NCBI GenBank assembly: GCA_041736175.1
Contig: JBGSUI010000059.1
Span: forward strand, 71,871 to 135,870
Source of the DNA: Oligoflexales bacterium
GTDB taxonomy: Bacteria; Bdellovibrionota_B; Oligoflexia; Oligoflexales; CAIYRB01
Direction of reading: 5' to 3'
Length of the DNA: 64,000 bases
How positions within the stretch are numbered: position 1 is the stretch's first letter; every line of letters starts with the position of its first letter. The notes under the pieces are model-generated. The model was not told where the DNA came from and made no database searches. It saw nothing but the letters and a program-made list of their open reading frames with translations. Made by a program: the position numbers and the translations under genes. This document shows positions 8,496 to 21,561 of the stretch, one piece after another.

Positions 8496-10010
8496 TTGAT
8501 GAACACAGACAAGATTCGAGTTGACGAGATTAGCAAGATTATAAGTGAGCGGATTAAGCACTACGGTAAATCACTAGAACTCCAGGAAACTGGAACGGTC
8601 CTCTCCGTGGGTGATGGTATCGCCAGAATCTATGGGCTCGAAGGAGCCATGGCTGGAGAGATGGTTGAATTTCAAAATGGTGTTAAAGGCGTGATTCTCA
8701 ATCTAGAGGAGGATAACGTCGGTGTCGCTATTTTTGGTGAGGTGAAAGGAATCGAAGAAGGCCATTCTGTCAAAAGGCTGAAAGAGATCAATTCGGTCCC
8801 TGTGGGAGAGGCTCTTCTGGGTCGAGTTGTGAATGCTCTAGGCGAACCGATCGATGGACAAGGGCCTTTAAAGGGTGTTGAAAGAGGAGTCGTTGAGGTT
8901 AAAGCGCCAGGGATTATTGCTAGAAAGGGTGTTCATGAACCCCTTCAGACAGGAATCAAAGCAATTGATGCCATGATTCCAATCGGACGTGGTCAAAGAG
9001 AGCTGATCATTGGCGACCGTCAAACCGGCAAGACCACTCTTTGTGTGGATACGATTATAAACCAAAAAGGCAAAGATGTTATCTGCATCTATGTAGCCAT
9101 CGGCCAAAAAGCATCTACAGTAGCCCAGGTGGTAGACAAGTTAAAACGATATGGAGGTATGGAGTATACCATCGTCGTGGCAGCAACGGCGATGGATCCA
9201 GCTCCGATGCAGTTTATTGCTCCTTATACTGGTTGTCGTATGGCGGAGTTTTTTCTACATAAAGGTAAACACGTCGTTATTTTTTACGATGACTTGTCCA
9301 AGCAAGCAGCCGCATATCGGGAACTCTCCCTGCTGTTGCGGAGGCCACCAGGTCGTGAGGCTTATCCCGGCGATATTTTCTATCTTCATAGTCGGCTTCT
9401 GGAAAGGGCTTGTAAGCTAAACGATAAGGAAGGAGCAGGCTCTATAACCGCTCTTCCCGTAGTAGAGACCCAAGCTGGAGATATTTCGGCCTATATTCCA
9501 ACAAACGTGATCTCGATTACTGACGGACAGATCTTTCTTGAGTCGGATTTGTTTTTTTCAGGGGTTAGACCAGCAGTGAATGCCGGTTTGTCCGTATCTC
9601 GGGTGGGGGGCGCAGCCCAGGTCGCCGCTATGCGAAAAGTAGCCGGGACTTTGCGATTAGAGAGTGCCCAGTATCGAGAATTGGCAGCTTTTTCCCAATT
9701 CGGGTCCGATCTAGATAACGCTACTCAAAAGACATTAAAGAGGGGCGAGCGGATTGTAGAGGTGTTAAAGCAAGGGCAAAACGAGCCGCTCCATGTAGGT
9801 TTGCAAGTAGCATCAATCTACGCTGTGACAAAAGGATTTGTAGATCAAAAGGAAGTCTCTCGGGTTAAGGAATGGGAGAAAGGTCTCCACGATCATTTGA
9901 AAGCTCGATACGGTGCGATCTTAGAAAAAATTGAACAAGGGGTAAAACTAGAAGGTGTCGAGGCGGAACTTCGTAAAGCAATTGAAGAATATGACAAGGG
10001 ATTGAGATAA
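8496..10010 (+). CDS. atpA: ATP synthase F1 subunit alpha
   Basis: [35 protein letters not shown]. Confidence 0.99.
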   Translation: MMNTDKIRVDEISKIISERIKHYGKSLELQETGTVLSVGDGIARIYGLEGAMAGEMVEFQNGVKGVILNLEEDNVGVAIFGEVKGIEEGHSVKRLKEINSVPVGEALLGRVVNALGEPIDGQGPLKGVERGVVEVKAPGIIARKGVHEPLQTGIKAIDAMIPIGRGQRELIIGDRQTGKTTLCVDTIINQKGKDVICIYVAIGQKASTVAQVVDKLKRYGGMEYTIVVAATAMDPAPMQFIAPYTGCRMAEFFLHKGKHVVIFYDDLSKQAAAYRELSLLLRRPPGREAYPGDIFYLHSRLLERACKLNDKEGAGSITALPVVETQAGDISAYIPTNVISITDGQIFLESDLFFSGVRPAVNAGLSVSRVGGAAQVAAMRKVAGTLRLESAQYRELAAFSQFGSDLDNATQKTLKRGERIVEVLKQGQNEPLHVGLQVASIYAVTKGFVDQKEVSRVKEWEKGLHDHLKARYGAILEKIEQGVKLEGVEAELRKAIEEYDKGLR

Positions 10011-10879
10011 TGCCAAGTCTAAAAGATATTCGAAGACGTATCGTTAGTATTAAGAATACCCAAAAAATCACCAGAGCGATGAAGCTTGTCTCAGCTTCTA
10101 AGTTTGCAAAGGCAAATGGAGCTATCGTAGCGGCAAGGCCCTATGCCCACGCTTTTGCTGATCTACAGGGACGTATTTTGGATTTAGCAAAGCAGGGCGT
10201 CAGTTCTCCTCTGATTATTGAAAAAGAAGAAAAATCGATTCTCATGGTCACCCTATCGACAGATCGGGGCTTTTGTGGGTCCCTTAATTCCAATCTATTT
10301 AAACTGACGTCTAACTTTACTCGAAAAAAATTAAAAGAGGGGACCAGTGTAAGCTTGGTGCCCTGGGGTAAACGGGCTCGTCTTTTCGGCCAAAAACAAA
10401 AACTGACATTGATTAATATCCGTGAGGGCGTTTTAGACAAACCCAGCTACCAGAAGGCCAAAGACCTAGCAGAGGAGTTAGTAGGGATTTTTTTAAGGGG
10501 TGACTACGACCGAATCTATATCTCATTTGTAGAATTTAAATCCGCGTTAACCCATCAACCTAAGATTCTTCAAGTCTTGCCGTATACAATGGGTGAAAGC
10601 CCACAAGAGGAAAGCTTGCTTGGTAAAAATCTTATTATTGAGCCAAAGATAAATGAGATTCTAGAAGGTTTGTTGAAGCGAAGCATTATAACGATGATCT
10701 ATAGGGTTTTGTTAGAGGGATCAGCCTCAGAGCATGGTGCTCGGATGACAGCGATGGATTCAGCAACAAACAACGCATCGGAAGTACTGCGAAAGATGAA
10801 TGTCCAGTATGCACGAGCCCGCCAAGCAGCGATCACCAAAGAACTTATAGAAATCACCAGTGGTGCAGAAGCACTTTAA
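10010..10879 (+). CDS. atpG: ATP synthase F1 subunit gamma
   Basis: KITRAMKLVSASK, DRGFCG, RQAAITKELIEI. Confidence 0.98.
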   Translation: MPSLKDIRRRIVSIKNTQKITRAMKLVSASKFAKANGAIVAARPYAHAFADLQGRILDLAKQGVSSPLIIEKEEKSILMVTLSTDRGFCGSLNSNLFKLTSNFTRKKLKEGTSVSLVPWGKRARLFGQKQKLTLINIREGVLDKPSYQKAKDLAEELVGIFLRGDYDRIYISFVEFKSALTHQPKILQVLPYTMGESPQEESLLGKNLIIEPKINEILEGLLKRSIITMIYRVLLEGSASEHGARMTAMDSATNNASEVLRKMNVQYARARQAAITKELIEITSGAEAL

Positions 10880-10904
10880 ATTTGAAGAGCCTTTTAGGGA
10901 ATAA

Positions 10905-12326
<1,422 letters not shown>

Positions 12327-12354
12327 TCATTATTGTGGTTGAAGGGTTTAACAC

Positions 12355-12756
12355 ATGGCAGAGCTCGAAGTTAGCGTTCTATGTCCCTCAAAAGTAGTGT
12401 TAAGAAGTAAGTCAAGTTATTTGAGGGTGCCAGGTCTTTTGGGACAGTTGGTCATTCTACCTGGACATACTCAGATGGTTAGTGAATTGGGGGTCGGGAT
12501 ATTAGCATTGGATGCCGATGAAAAAGAGGTTCTTTTTGTATCGGGGGGCTACTTGGACATTCAGTCGGATAAAGTAGTTGTCTTGGCGGATGTGGTTGAA
12601 AGGCCACAAGACATCGATGTTGATAGGGCTAAGAAAGCGGCTGAACGAGCCCAACTCCGCCTAGATAAACCAACGGGAGACCTCAATTTGGGAAGAGCGA
12701 TGGGAGCCCTAGCACGGGCCACAAAAAGGCTAGATATAGTCAAGTTTGTTCGATAA
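12355..12756 (+). CDS. atpC: ATP synthase F1 subunit epsilon
   Basis: GQLVILPGH, VSGGY, C-terminal helical hairpin; last atp gene. Confidence 0.95.
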   Translation: MAELEVSVLCPSKVVLRSKSSYLRVPGLLGQLVILPGHTQMVSELGVGILALDADEKEVLFVSGGYLDIQSDKVVVLADVVERPQDIDVDRAKKAAERAQLRLDKPTGDLNLGRAMGALARATKRLDIVKFVR

Positions 12757-12787
12757 ATTTTTAGTGGAATTTGTTAAACTATAGAAT

Positions 12788-13936
12788 GTGAACTTACTAC
12801 AAAAAAATGAATCTAGAGGAGCCTGGGTAGACCAGACTCCTCTTGTATTTTGGGATGGTTATGGATTAGGTGGTGGATATTCCGGTGTTTTGACCCATGC
12901 AAGCTGTCTTGCCGAGGCTCTTAAAGAAGAGGGAATTCAACCAGTTATTATTGGTGAAAATAGCTGTCAACGGCATTTTCCAGGGTTAGTTGTCCAAAGC
13001 CTTCAAGTAAATCCAGCCCTGCAAAAAATTGCCAGGATAAAAATGTTTTGGTCTGGATTTGTGGATCAGACATTATCCAGTTTAGTTCAGGAAAAACCCC
13101 ATATCATTCATGGATTAAGCAATTTCAATATACCTTTGCAAGCGCCCTTTTCGAGACAAAAACGCGTCCTCACCATTCATGATGTGATCCCCTTTTTGGA
13201 TCCTAGTGCCGTTTCCATGAGTTACTATCTTCAATTTAAGGCCGTGTTAGGTCGCGCAGTTCATGTCGTTGATAGAATTATATGTGTCTCAAACTGGACA
13301 CTTCAGTGCCTTCTGACCTTTTTTCCCCATATAGAGGATAAGTGCACGATTATCCACAACGGCGTTAATAACAAAAACAAAATGGATTTTGATAAATGTT
13401 CAAGCGTTGCCTATGAAGTCTTGTCGATTGCCAGATATGAGAAATATAAACGTCTAGAAATGCTGATTGAAATCAGTAGAAAAATGCCAAATCACTTTTC
13501 GTTAAATTTAGTAACGGATAACAAAGGTAGGTTGGTATGTGAAAAACTGGGAGCTGACCTTATGGAAAAACACAAGTTGTGTGTCTACGTAGGAATCTCA
13601 AATGATCATTTGGAAAATTTGTATCAAAAATCTCATGTTTACCTTCATCCGAGTCTCTATGAAGGATTCAATATTCCAGCAGTTGAAGCGTTAATCCACG
13701 GTTTGCCTGTGGTCCATTGTAAAGGCATCGGGACGGAGGAGATTATTGGTCCAGAAGTAGGAGTGAGCCTAGATCCTAAAGAAAAAGTTGGCGCGTGGGT
13801 AGATGCAGTCGAAGAAGCGGCGCAAAAGATGGCAAAAAGTCAGTGGAAATTGGAACTGATGAGTGCTGTGGAGAAACTTCCGACCTGGCAACAAAACGCC
13901 AAAAAGACTAAAGAAATTTATCTTTCTTTAGTTTAA
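12788..13936 (+). CDS. Glycosyltransferase family 4 (GT-B)
   Basis: TIHD motif and PSLYEGFNIPAVEA (E-x7-E). Confidence 0.9.
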   Translation: MNLLQKNESRGAWVDQTPLVFWDGYGLGGGYSGVLTHASCLAEALKEEGIQPVIIGENSCQRHFPGLVVQSLQVNPALQKIARIKMFWSGFVDQTLSSLVQEKPHIIHGLSNFNIPLQAPFSRQKRVLTIHDVIPFLDPSAVSMSYYLQFKAVLGRAVHVVDRIICVSNWTLQCLLTFFPHIEDKCTIIHNGVNNKNKMDFDKCSSVAYEVLSIARYEKYKRLEMLIEISRKMPNHFSLNLVTDNKGRLVCEKLGADLMEKHKLCVYVGISNDHLENLYQKSHVYLHPSLYEGFNIPAVEALIHGLPVVHCKGIGTEEIIGPEVGVSLDPKEKVGAWVDAVEEAAQKMAKSQWKLELMSAVEKLPTWQQNAKKTKEIYLSLV

Positions 13937-13945
13937 GGAGAAAAT

Positions 13946-14863
13946 ATGAATAATAGAAATCTAAATATTTTAGTCACCGGATCTTCGGGTTTTATCGGAA
14001 AACATCTCATAAAAAGGCTCCGGGGAATGCCTTTCTCTGTTTTGGCAATGTATCGTACAGAGACCCCGGAGGTATCGAAAAATGTTTTCCCAGTTCAATG
14101 TGAGTTTGGAAATTACCAACAACTAAGATCAGTCATGAGAGATGTCGATGTGGTGGTCCATTTAGCATGGGAATATTTACCAAACGAGGCGACTATATCC
14201 CAAGGCTCTGTCCCAGAGTCTAATATCCAATCATTAGAAATACTATTAAGGGCCATGGAGAATGTGAAAGCGCGTCGACTTATTTTGGTTAGCGCACTGG
14301 GAGCACGAGAAAATGCCTCTGATCCCTTTTTAAGTAAAAAATACCAATGTGAAGTGGCTGTTATTAACAGCGATATTCCAGAAAAGATTGTTTTGAGACC
14401 CGATGTGATCTGGAGTGAAACGAAACAGGATCACTTTTTAAGGGCGTTGATTGAAATGATGAAATACCCGGTTTATCCTTTAATCGAGCCAAAAACGACT
14501 AAATATCCGCTTAATATAAATGATTTTTTGGAAATCATCATAAAAGCAGCAACTATGGAGATGAATCATCCGGTGATGATTCTCCCCTGTATCGGCAATG
14601 AGGTTTTAACTTATCGAGAAATCCAAAAGATGGTTGCAGCTAAAATGGCTCATAAAGTTAGATTTGGTCTAGGAGGCTTTTTAGGGCAACTTCTTTTTGA
14701 AATCATTTCAAAAAGGGAGATTTCTAGGGGATTTGAATCAATTTCACGTCTGAGATCAACGGCAGCAGATGGACCGTTCGATAGGACGAGGCCTATTTCG
14801 AATCAGGACAGTATAGACCAAAAGTTTTATATGAAGGATTTTCTGGGACTCCCCGAGAGATAA
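13946..14863 (+). CDS. NAD(P)-dependent epimerase/dehydratase-like protein (atypical SDR)
   Basis: ILVTGSSGFIG Rossmann motif, VVHLA, VSALGA. Confidence 0.85.
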   Translation: MNNRNLNILVTGSSGFIGKHLIKRLRGMPFSVLAMYRTETPEVSKNVFPVQCEFGNYQQLRSVMRDVDVVVHLAWEYLPNEATISQGSVPESNIQSLEILLRAMENVKARRLILVSALGARENASDPFLSKKYQCEVAVINSDIPEKIVLRPDVIWSETKQDHFLRALIEMMKYPVYPLIEPKTTKYPLNINDFLEIIIKAATMEMNHPVMILPCIGNEVLTYREIQKMVAAKMAHKVRFGLGGFLGQLLFEIISKREISRGFESISRLRSTAADGPFDRTRPISNQDSIDQKFYMKDFLGLPER

Positions 14864-14915
14864 GCTCAACCTATACGCCCTTAGGGAAGTCCTAGAAATT
14901 TGAGTCTTCCAATGA

Positions 14916-16673
14916 CTACTCCAAAATCAAGTTTGGATTGCCATGGCGAAGAAAAGCAGGGATATCTAAGTCGTCTTGGTTCGACTGCTTTTGAATGGCA
15001 TTAATCCGATCATTAAATGCCATCACATCATCTACCTTGTCGTCAAACTCTCTGAACAAACTGGAATCTTTTGTCCGAAAATTTATGGTGTCGGCGACGA
15101 TGTTCCCTGATGTGGCCCCTTCTCTTATGGGAGAGAGTTCTTCAAGCTTGACCTGCTCAGTGCCCTTGGTAACTTCTTGCGAAAGCAAAATGGTATCATC
15201 GAGATTAGCTTCAGACATCATATTGTTGAGTTGGTCGACGAAGGAGTTCATAAAGTCATCACTTGGATTGGAGATGACTGAAGTAGCGCCTTTTTTGGAT
15301 TCAGCAGCAAATTCGGGAGAATTTTGACTAATCGGCTCATACGCGTCTCCCATTTGCTGAGAGGAATCATGCGGATTTTCAGCGGGAGTTTCGAGGTCAA
15401 AACTAAAGGCGGAGTCGGCTAATAGGAGGCTAGGACTGGCGCTATGGTCGAGTGTCCATTGAGCAAGTTCCTGGGTTTCTTGGTAGTTGCGTAAAGGGGG
15501 GGAGGCCTCTTGGGTAGAAGTGAGGAGGGTCTCAAGGACCGGATCTTTTTTAGGTTCAGGGCATAGGGGGATTTCATTACTGAGGTTATGATGGTTAGTC
15601 GGTGCCAACTTTAGCATCTTGTCGTCGGAGTCTTTTTGCGTGGGGCTTTTTTGGGAGGAGACTCTTTGGACGGAGTCTTTTCCATATAAGGGTCTTTCTA
15701 GGTCATCATCCTTATCTGCTGGGAATCCAGTAGCAATCACTGTAACGCGCATTTCATCGCCTAAAGACTCATCGATGACGGCACCAAAAATGATATTTGC
15801 GTCCTCATGGGCAGCCTCCTGGACGATTTCACAGGCAGACCGAATCTCATTTAGTTTAACCATGGTACCAGCAGTAATATTTATAAGAATACCCGTTGCT
15901 CCTTCGATGTCGATATCTTCTAAAAGAGGCGAGCAAATGGCCATACGAGCAGCTTCGGAGGCCCTTTGTGGCCCTTTTGCACGTCCTATTCCCATTAGCG
16001 CTTGACCCATGCTCGACATAACTGTTTTAACATCAGCAAAATCCACATTGATAGTCCCGGGGATATTGATAATATCGCTGATACCTCTAACAGCATTGAC
16101 CAAAACAGCATCAGCCATCTTAAAGGCTTCGATCATACTAAGGTCATCGTTACCAATAAGAAGAAGTCGCTGGTTTGGGATGGTGATCAAAGTATCTACC
16201 GACTCTCTGAGGCGCTTGATTCCTTCTTCCGCATGACGTCTACGTCTCTTCCCCTCAAAGTTAAAAGGCTTAGTGACCACGGCTACCGTCAGTGCCCCTT
16301 GTTCCCTAGCTATTTGCGCGACAATCGAAGCAGCACCCGTACCAGTACCACCGCCCATTCCAGCAGTGATAAAGACCATATCAGCACCCATAATGGCCTT
16401 AGAAAGCTCTTCACGGTCTTCTATAGCCGCTTCTCGACCGACGTCTGGATCAGCTCCAGCACCTAGTCCGCGGGTGAGTTCTTTTCCAATTTGGATCTTT
16501 TTTTCGGCTAGAGAAAAGCGTAATGCCTGAATATCAGTATTACAGGTGATGAAGTCGACTCCCTCTAGGGATGACTTGATCATCGTGTTGACGGCATTGC
16601 CACCTCCTCCACCAACGCCTATTACTTTAATGCGGGCTCCAGGAGGCACGATGTTGATATCGTCCAAAGTCAT
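14916..16673 (-). CDS. ftsZ: Cell division protein FtsZ with long linker
   Basis: [16 protein letters not shown] tubulin signature, NVDFAD, C-terminal [10 protein letters not shown]. Confidence 0.98.
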   Translation of the reverse strand: MTLDDINIVPPGARIKVIGVGGGGGNAVNTMIKSSLEGVDFITCNTDIQALRFSLAEKKIQIGKELTRGLGAGADPDVGREAAIEDREELSKAIMGADMVFITAGMGGGTGTGAASIVAQIAREQGALTVAVVTKPFNFEGKRRRRHAEEGIKRLRESVDTLITIPNQRLLLIGNDDLSMIEAFKMADAVLVNAVRGISDIINIPGTINVDFADVKTVMSSMGQALMGIGRAKGPQRASEAARMAICSPLLEDIDIEGATGILINITAGTMVKLNEIRSACEIVQEAAHEDANIIFGAVIDESLGDEMRVTVIATGFPADKDDDLERPLYGKDSVQRVSSQKSPTQKDSDDKMLKLAPTNHHNLSNEIPLCPEPKKDPVLETLLTSTQEASPPLRNYQETQELAQWTLDHSASPSLLLADSAFSFDLETPAENPHDSSQQMGDAYEPISQNSPEFAAESKKGATSVISNPSDDFMNSFVDQLNNMMSEANLDDTILLSQEVTKGTEQVKLEELSPIREGATSGNIVADTINFRTKDSSLFREFDDKVDDVMAFNDRINAIQKQSNQDDLDIPAFLRHGNPNLILE

Positions 16674-16772
16674 AGGCGATACTCCCTTAATTATTTTGTA
16701 AACATTACTTGATTAGATAAATTATAGGGACAGACTTCGAATGGTGTCAAATAACTCTCGTTAGAGTGTAGA

Positions 16773-18038
16773 TTAATAGAGTTCCTTGAGCCAATTTATG
16801 AGGGTTCCAAAATATCCTAGATGTCGGAGCGATTTTTTATTGGAAAATGACAGTTGTAATCTGTTGATTTCTAAATCAATCAACCCTAACGTTGTGGCCA
16901 TTGGACCGGAATACCGAGGTCTTTGGTTATTCGGGAGCCCGTTTGGTTCAGTAAAAAGTTTGAGTTCAGGGTCAATTCTGGTTACAGGAAGGCCTAAAAA
17001 ATTAGTAAAAATTTCTATAATTCCAGTAATATTGGCAGCACCACCGGTCAAAACAATGCCGCCCTTTAAATAGTTTTTAAAGGGAGAGATCTCTTTTCCG
17101 ACTAATAGGGCGAGCTCATAGATCCTAGGGCCGAGGATTTTGAGAGCGTCAGAACGGGTGATAGATTTTATTTTTCCAAAAATATCTTGGAAATCCGCCG
17201 GAAAATATTCTAAATCTGAAGCAAGATGAAGCTTTAGATTTTCGGCGTCTCTCATTGATATGCCTAATCCAATTGAAAGATCGCTAGTCATCATTTTGCC
17301 AGCTATATTGACTGTGTAGAGATGGATCGGTTGGCCGTTAACATAGATAAGGCCATCTGAAGTCCCTCCGCCAATATCTAGCACAGTACAGCCTACAGCC
17401 TTGAGTTCGTCACTGAGTGTTACAGAGGAAGAGGCTAAAGGTTCAGAAAATAGCTTGACGACATGGAGGCCACTTTTGTTGCAAATATCGACAATATCAC
17501 GGAGATAGGATTTTTCAGCATCGATTACAAAAAACTCGCCGCCAACTTGATCACCGTAAAGGCCCAGAGGATTGTCAAGTTTTTTGCGGGAATCGACTGT
17601 ATAGGAAATAGGGATGATATGTAGGATTTCTCTTTTATGAGAATTATGATCAACTTCGACCTGTTTGGTTAGGTCGTGGAGATCTTTTAGTGTGACAACC
17701 TTTTTAACTAGAGGTCGACTGGCGGTTACCGTATGTCCCTTTAAGTGAGAGCCTGCGACTCCTACGATAGCGTGGTGGACATCTAGAAGGGTATTTTTCT
17801 CAAAATTGTCTATGAGCTTTGATAGGCATTTAATCGCTTTTTCCTTATCAGCAAGCATACCTCGGTGCATGCCTTCAGCAGGTATACTCGAAGTCAAAAT
17901 ATCTAGTTTTCCCCCCATATCTGAAGGTTGGATTAGGTGCGCTATGCAAAACTTGGTTGTCCCAAGGTCAAGGGCGCAAATGTTTTTGATTTCTTTTAAG
18001 ATGGCCAGATCGGGGAAGGGATCAGATTTGGGTAACAT
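16773..18038 (-). CDS. ftsA: Cell division protein FtsA
   Basis: ALDLGTTK, LDIGGGTSD, GIVLTGG; directly upstream of ftsZ. Confidence 0.92.
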   Translation of the reverse strand: MLPKSDPFPDLAILKEIKNICALDLGTTKFCIAHLIQPSDMGGKLDILTSSIPAEGMHRGMLADKEKAIKCLSKLIDNFEKNTLLDVHHAIVGVAGSHLKGHTVTASRPLVKKVVTLKDLHDLTKQVEVDHNSHKREILHIIPISYTVDSRKKLDNPLGLYGDQVGGEFFVIDAEKSYLRDIVDICNKSGLHVVKLFSEPLASSSVTLSDELKAVGCTVLDIGGGTSDGLIYVNGQPIHLYTVNIAGKMMTSDLSIGLGISMRDAENLKLHLASDLEYFPADFQDIFGKIKSITRSDALKILGPRIYELALLVGKEISPFKNYLKGGIVLTGGAANITGIIEIFTNFLGLPVTRIDPELKLFTEPNGLPNNQRPRYSGPMATTLGLIDLEINRLQLSFSNKKSLRHLGYFGTLINWLKELY

Positions 18039-18053
18039 TTCAGACCCACTCCT

Positions 18054-18929
18054 TTAAGATGAGGGCTTTGCATATTTAATAAAAGCTTTTTCTTTGTAGT
18101 CTAATTCAACTTTTTCGATGTTTATGTCGCCATTTTTAAGCTTTATTTTGCTAAGACGGGATAATTTGATTTGAAAGGGTGCACGCCCTAAAACCAATTC
18201 GACAGGGGGTGTTGTGAGATAAGCAGTGAAGCCCCTGGATTTATCGAAAATTAACTCGTTTCTAGTTTTAAAACTGGTGGCTTCGAGGTTTTTTGTGAGT
18301 TCAATGGATTCAAGGATGATGACCGATTTTTCTTGAGTCACTACGAAAGAACGATCAGAGTTGATTTGGATGTTGCTAACTTCTTTAGCATCAAAAACAC
18401 CATTGACTATGTAGTTTGGACATTGGTTACGATCCGTGGCATGTCCATAGATTTGGCCTTTTTCGGTGACGAACCTGGTGACATCCATTTGCATACACAA
18501 GTAGGGCTCCTTGGGCGTCAGTTGAACCATATATTTTTTAAACCCCACTTTCTTAGAGGAAATTTTTGCTAAGAATCCGTAATTAAGTGCAATTTTCGCA
18601 AATTTTCCTAAGGAGTCAATCCCCTCATGATTCACTGCACTTTTTAATTGGTCTGCAATCATTGCTAGACCTAAGGAATGGGGACTTGTCAGGGGGTAAA
18701 AAATCTTCAAATCTATTTCAGACTTTAAAGTTCTTGTATGACTTTGGAAAGAATTTCGAATCCAGAAAGAGGCGATCGAGGTATAGATTTTGTGTTGAAA
18801 ATAGCCAAATAGTAAGGCAACGCTTAAAAAGCCGCTCATGATCACAATAAGAATTTTATTTTTAAAAAAGAAATCGACTTTGTTTTGGCTATAAAGAACA
18901 GATTTAGCTTTTTTTTTAGTAGGTTTCAT
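18054..18929 (-). CDS. ftsQ: Divergent FtsQ/DivIB-like protein
   Basis: Basic N-terminus, one TM, C-terminal VELDY; occupies the ftsQ position before ftsA. Confidence 0.65.
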   Translation of the reverse strand: MKPTKKKAKSVLYSQNKVDFFFKNKILIVIMSGFLSVALLFGYFQHKIYTSIASFWIRNSFQSHTRTLKSEIDLKIFYPLTSPHSLGLAMIADQLKSAVNHEGIDSLGKFAKIALNYGFLAKISSKKVGFKKYMVQLTPKEPYLCMQMDVTRFVTEKGQIYGHATDRNQCPNYIVNGVFDAKEVSNIQINSDRSFVVTQEKSVIILESIELTKNLEATSFKTRNELIFDKSRGFTAYLTTPPVELVLGRAPFQIKLSRLSKIKLKNGDINIEKVELDYKEKAFIKYAKPSS

Positions 18930-19019
18930 GAATGGTCCTGAGCACCAAGCTACAAAGAAAATCCAGAGACTCTTTAGTCTTGAGGGCGGCTCAGTCTTAT
19001 TCTATCGAGTAAACCTAAA

Positions 19020-20399
19020 TTAGTCATTAAAGAGGTCTTGAATTTTAGGCGTTAGAGTGTCTACATCTCCAGCCCCTAATGTCAGTATTGATGGATTGCT
19101 AAGATGGCATTCCTTGATAAGGGGGATGACCTCGTCAAGGGATGTGCAACCGATAGCTTTTGTTTGGCTAAGCTTGCCGAGGTCCTGGGCGATAGTAAAA
19201 GGACTATAGAGTCCAAAGTCAGTTTCCCCAGCACTATAAACGGGAGTTACTATAACAAGATCTGCTTTTTTAAATGACGAAAGCATTTCTTCATACATCG
19301 TTTCGAGTCTAGAAAATCTATGGGGCTGAAAAATAACGATCAGAGGAAAATTGGGATAAGAATCCTTTAACGAATTGATACAAGCCGTCATTTTTCCAGG
19401 ATTATGGGCATAGTCGTCGAAAATTCTGACTTCGGAATTTTCGAGGATTTTAGATAATCTTCGATGTACACCATTAAATGACTTCAAGCTCTCAGCAGCT
19501 TTTTGAATATTTTGTCCAAGGACTCTTGTCGTCGACAAAGCGGCAAGAGCATTTAAGACATTGTGGGTCCCAATAAGAGGGATTTCGATAGGTATTTGAT
19601 CCCTTTCAACAATAGCTAAAAAACTGGTCTTGAAGCCTAAACTGCTTAAATTGACTGCTCTGACGTCACACCCAATATTTAGGCCAAACGTTAGGAAATT
19701 TTTATGAGGACTTAGTTTAACTATATTGCGGGCCCAGTCTTGATCCCAGTATAAAACCGAGGTGCCTTCATTGGTGACTAAATCAGTAAATTTCGAAAAA
19801 TAAGACTTTAGATTATCATAGGTCTTATAGAATTCCAAATGATCTAAATCAACATTTGTAACAACAGCGACATGAGGATGGTAGGACAGGAAACTCCCAT
19901 CAGATTCGTCAGCTTCGGCGATAAAATAGGTGCCCTTTCCGAAACGTAATGAATCACCATACCGCGACATAACAGCACCGATGACGGCAGTTGGATCTAG
20001 CTGCAGATCATCTAAAATATGGGTGATGATTGACGATGTGGTAGATTTCCCATGAGTCCCAGTAACCAAAATCTGTTTGTGTTGGCTCATCAACCTATCT
20101 AGAAACTCCGAACGATGAAACACCTTAATCCCGAGGTTTGAGGATTCTAGAGCCGAGAGGAGTTCAGGGTTTTCTTTTGAGATTGCGGAAGAGTACACAA
20201 TGATACCAGCTGGCAACCAACCCATGGAATCGTGACGTCTCACTATGTGACCAAGATCGGAGACTCTTTCGATATTTGAGAGGTCACTGCCTTGAACTTC
20301 ATAACCCATTAATTTGGCTAACTGTGCTAAGGGCCTCATTCCCGAACCAAAGATGCCAATAAAATGCACAAGGTTATGATTTATGGAAATGTTGTTCAT
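19020..20399 (-). CDS. murC: UDP-N-acetylmuramate--L-alanine ligase
   Basis: HFIGIFGSGM, GTHGKSTT, EADESDGSF, DDYAHNP, FQPHRFSR. Confidence 0.96.
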   Translation of the reverse strand: MNNISINHNLVHFIGIFGSGMRPLAQLAKLMGYEVQGSDLSNIERVSDLGHIVRRHDSMGWLPAGIIVYSSAISKENPELLSALESSNLGIKVFHRSEFLDRLMSQHKQILVTGTHGKSTTSSIITHILDDLQLDPTAVIGAVMSRYGDSLRFGKGTYFIAEADESDGSFLSYHPHVAVVTNVDLDHLEFYKTYDNLKSYFSKFTDLVTNEGTSVLYWDQDWARNIVKLSPHKNFLTFGLNIGCDVRAVNLSSLGFKTSFLAIVERDQIPIEIPLIGTHNVLNALAALSTTRVLGQNIQKAAESLKSFNGVHRRLSKILENSEVRIFDDYAHNPGKMTACINSLKDSYPNFPLIVIFQPHRFSRLETMYEEMLSSFKKADLVIVTPVYSAGETDFGLYSPFTIAQDLGKLSQTKAIGCTSLDEVIPLIKECHLSNPSILTLGAGDVDTLTPKIQDLFND

Positions 20400-20418
20400 A
20401 GTAAAATCAAATACCAGT

Positions 20419-21441
20419 TCAAGGATTTTGTGATGATTTTCGGCTAGCTTCAGCGATTTGTTCCCACAACCAGGGGTTTTCGCTGCCTATAGTGTCTTTT
20501 ATTTTTGTAAAGGGAAGCGCAGTGTTTAGGCCTTTTTCCCGCAGGCAAATCGGATCAATAAGTCCCGAATAGGATGAGGCTTGGCAGCCACGCCTTTTCG
20601 CAAAGATTTCAGGAGATTCATGAGTCCCCTGATAACGATAGTGACTATAACTATTTTGTCCAGGACCCGCCAGATGCATTCCAATGGGCGCTTGGTTGGT
20701 TTTGTCGACGATCAGGCCACCTGAGGAGCCGCCAACAGCATCACAGTCGTGAGCGAGCCAAAATGGGGTTGTGACTTCTATAGTCCTACAGGGACTCTCT
20801 GCCAGAGGCATGCCCCAAGGGTAATGCAAAAGCACATCAGACTGGTGCTGGAAGGGTTTCAGACGAGACAAATTAATCCAATTAAACCTTTGTCCTAGAT
20901 TGTAGTCACCATCATATGTTTTTAACAAGATATCATTAGATACATAATAAACAGCAAAACCCACTGAATCGCTTTTAAAAACTAGATTGTTGAATAATAA
21001 TTTTCTTTCACTGATCTCCGAAGATCTTCGGTCAACCTGGCCAATATATTCCCCATAAATCTGACCTTGGGCATTTATAATGGTGTACTGACCCCGTTGT
21101 CCTGGGGGAAGGGTGTTCCACGGATTTAACGAAATGAGTCCATCAGAGCAATGTGCTGCGGTAAGAAGGTGATTTCGGGAAATGAAAATACCAGAGCAAA
21201 CCTGGATTGGGCTTTGATTGGGATTGTTAAATTGGGTGACCTGGACCATGGTTTTGGCGTGATCAGAGATCTGGTCGCCACTTAAAAAATCGATTTCCAG
21301 GTTATCGAAGATTGATTGAGGGGAGCTTTCTGTTTTAACACCGCAGCTCGCCAGGAGTTGGCCGATCAAAGCCAGTATAAAGAGACGAATTCTTAAATTT
21401 TTCTGGATGTTCCACATAGACCTGGCATCAGAGATAACCAT
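20419..21441 (-). CDS. Trypsin-like (S1) serine protease lipoprotein
   Basis: Lipobox LASC; CSGIFISRNHLLTAAHC; HDCDAVGGSSGG. Confidence 0.85.
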   Translation of the reverse strand: MVISDARSMWNIQKNLRIRLFILALIGQLLASCGVKTESSPQSIFDNLEIDFLSGDQISDHAKTMVQVTQFNNPNQSPIQVCSGIFISRNHLLTAAHCSDGLISLNPWNTLPPGQRGQYTIINAQGQIYGEYIGQVDRRSSEISERKLLFNNLVFKSDSVGFAVYYVSNDILLKTYDGDYNLGQRFNWINLSRLKPFQHQSDVLLHYPWGMPLAESPCRTIEVTTPFWLAHDCDAVGGSSGGLIVDKTNQAPIGMHLAGPGQNSYSHYRYQGTHESPEIFAKRRGCQASSYSGLIDPICLREKGLNTALPFTKIKDTIGSENPWLWEQIAEASRKSSQNP

Positions 21442-21561
21442 TTTGCACTCCCCCTGTTAAACCCCCACTCTAATGGTGCCTTAGATGTTGTCAAGTAAAG
21501 CATCAACAAAGCCTCGTTGGGACCAGGTGCCTGATGGAAAAAATAAATTAATATTAGCGTG

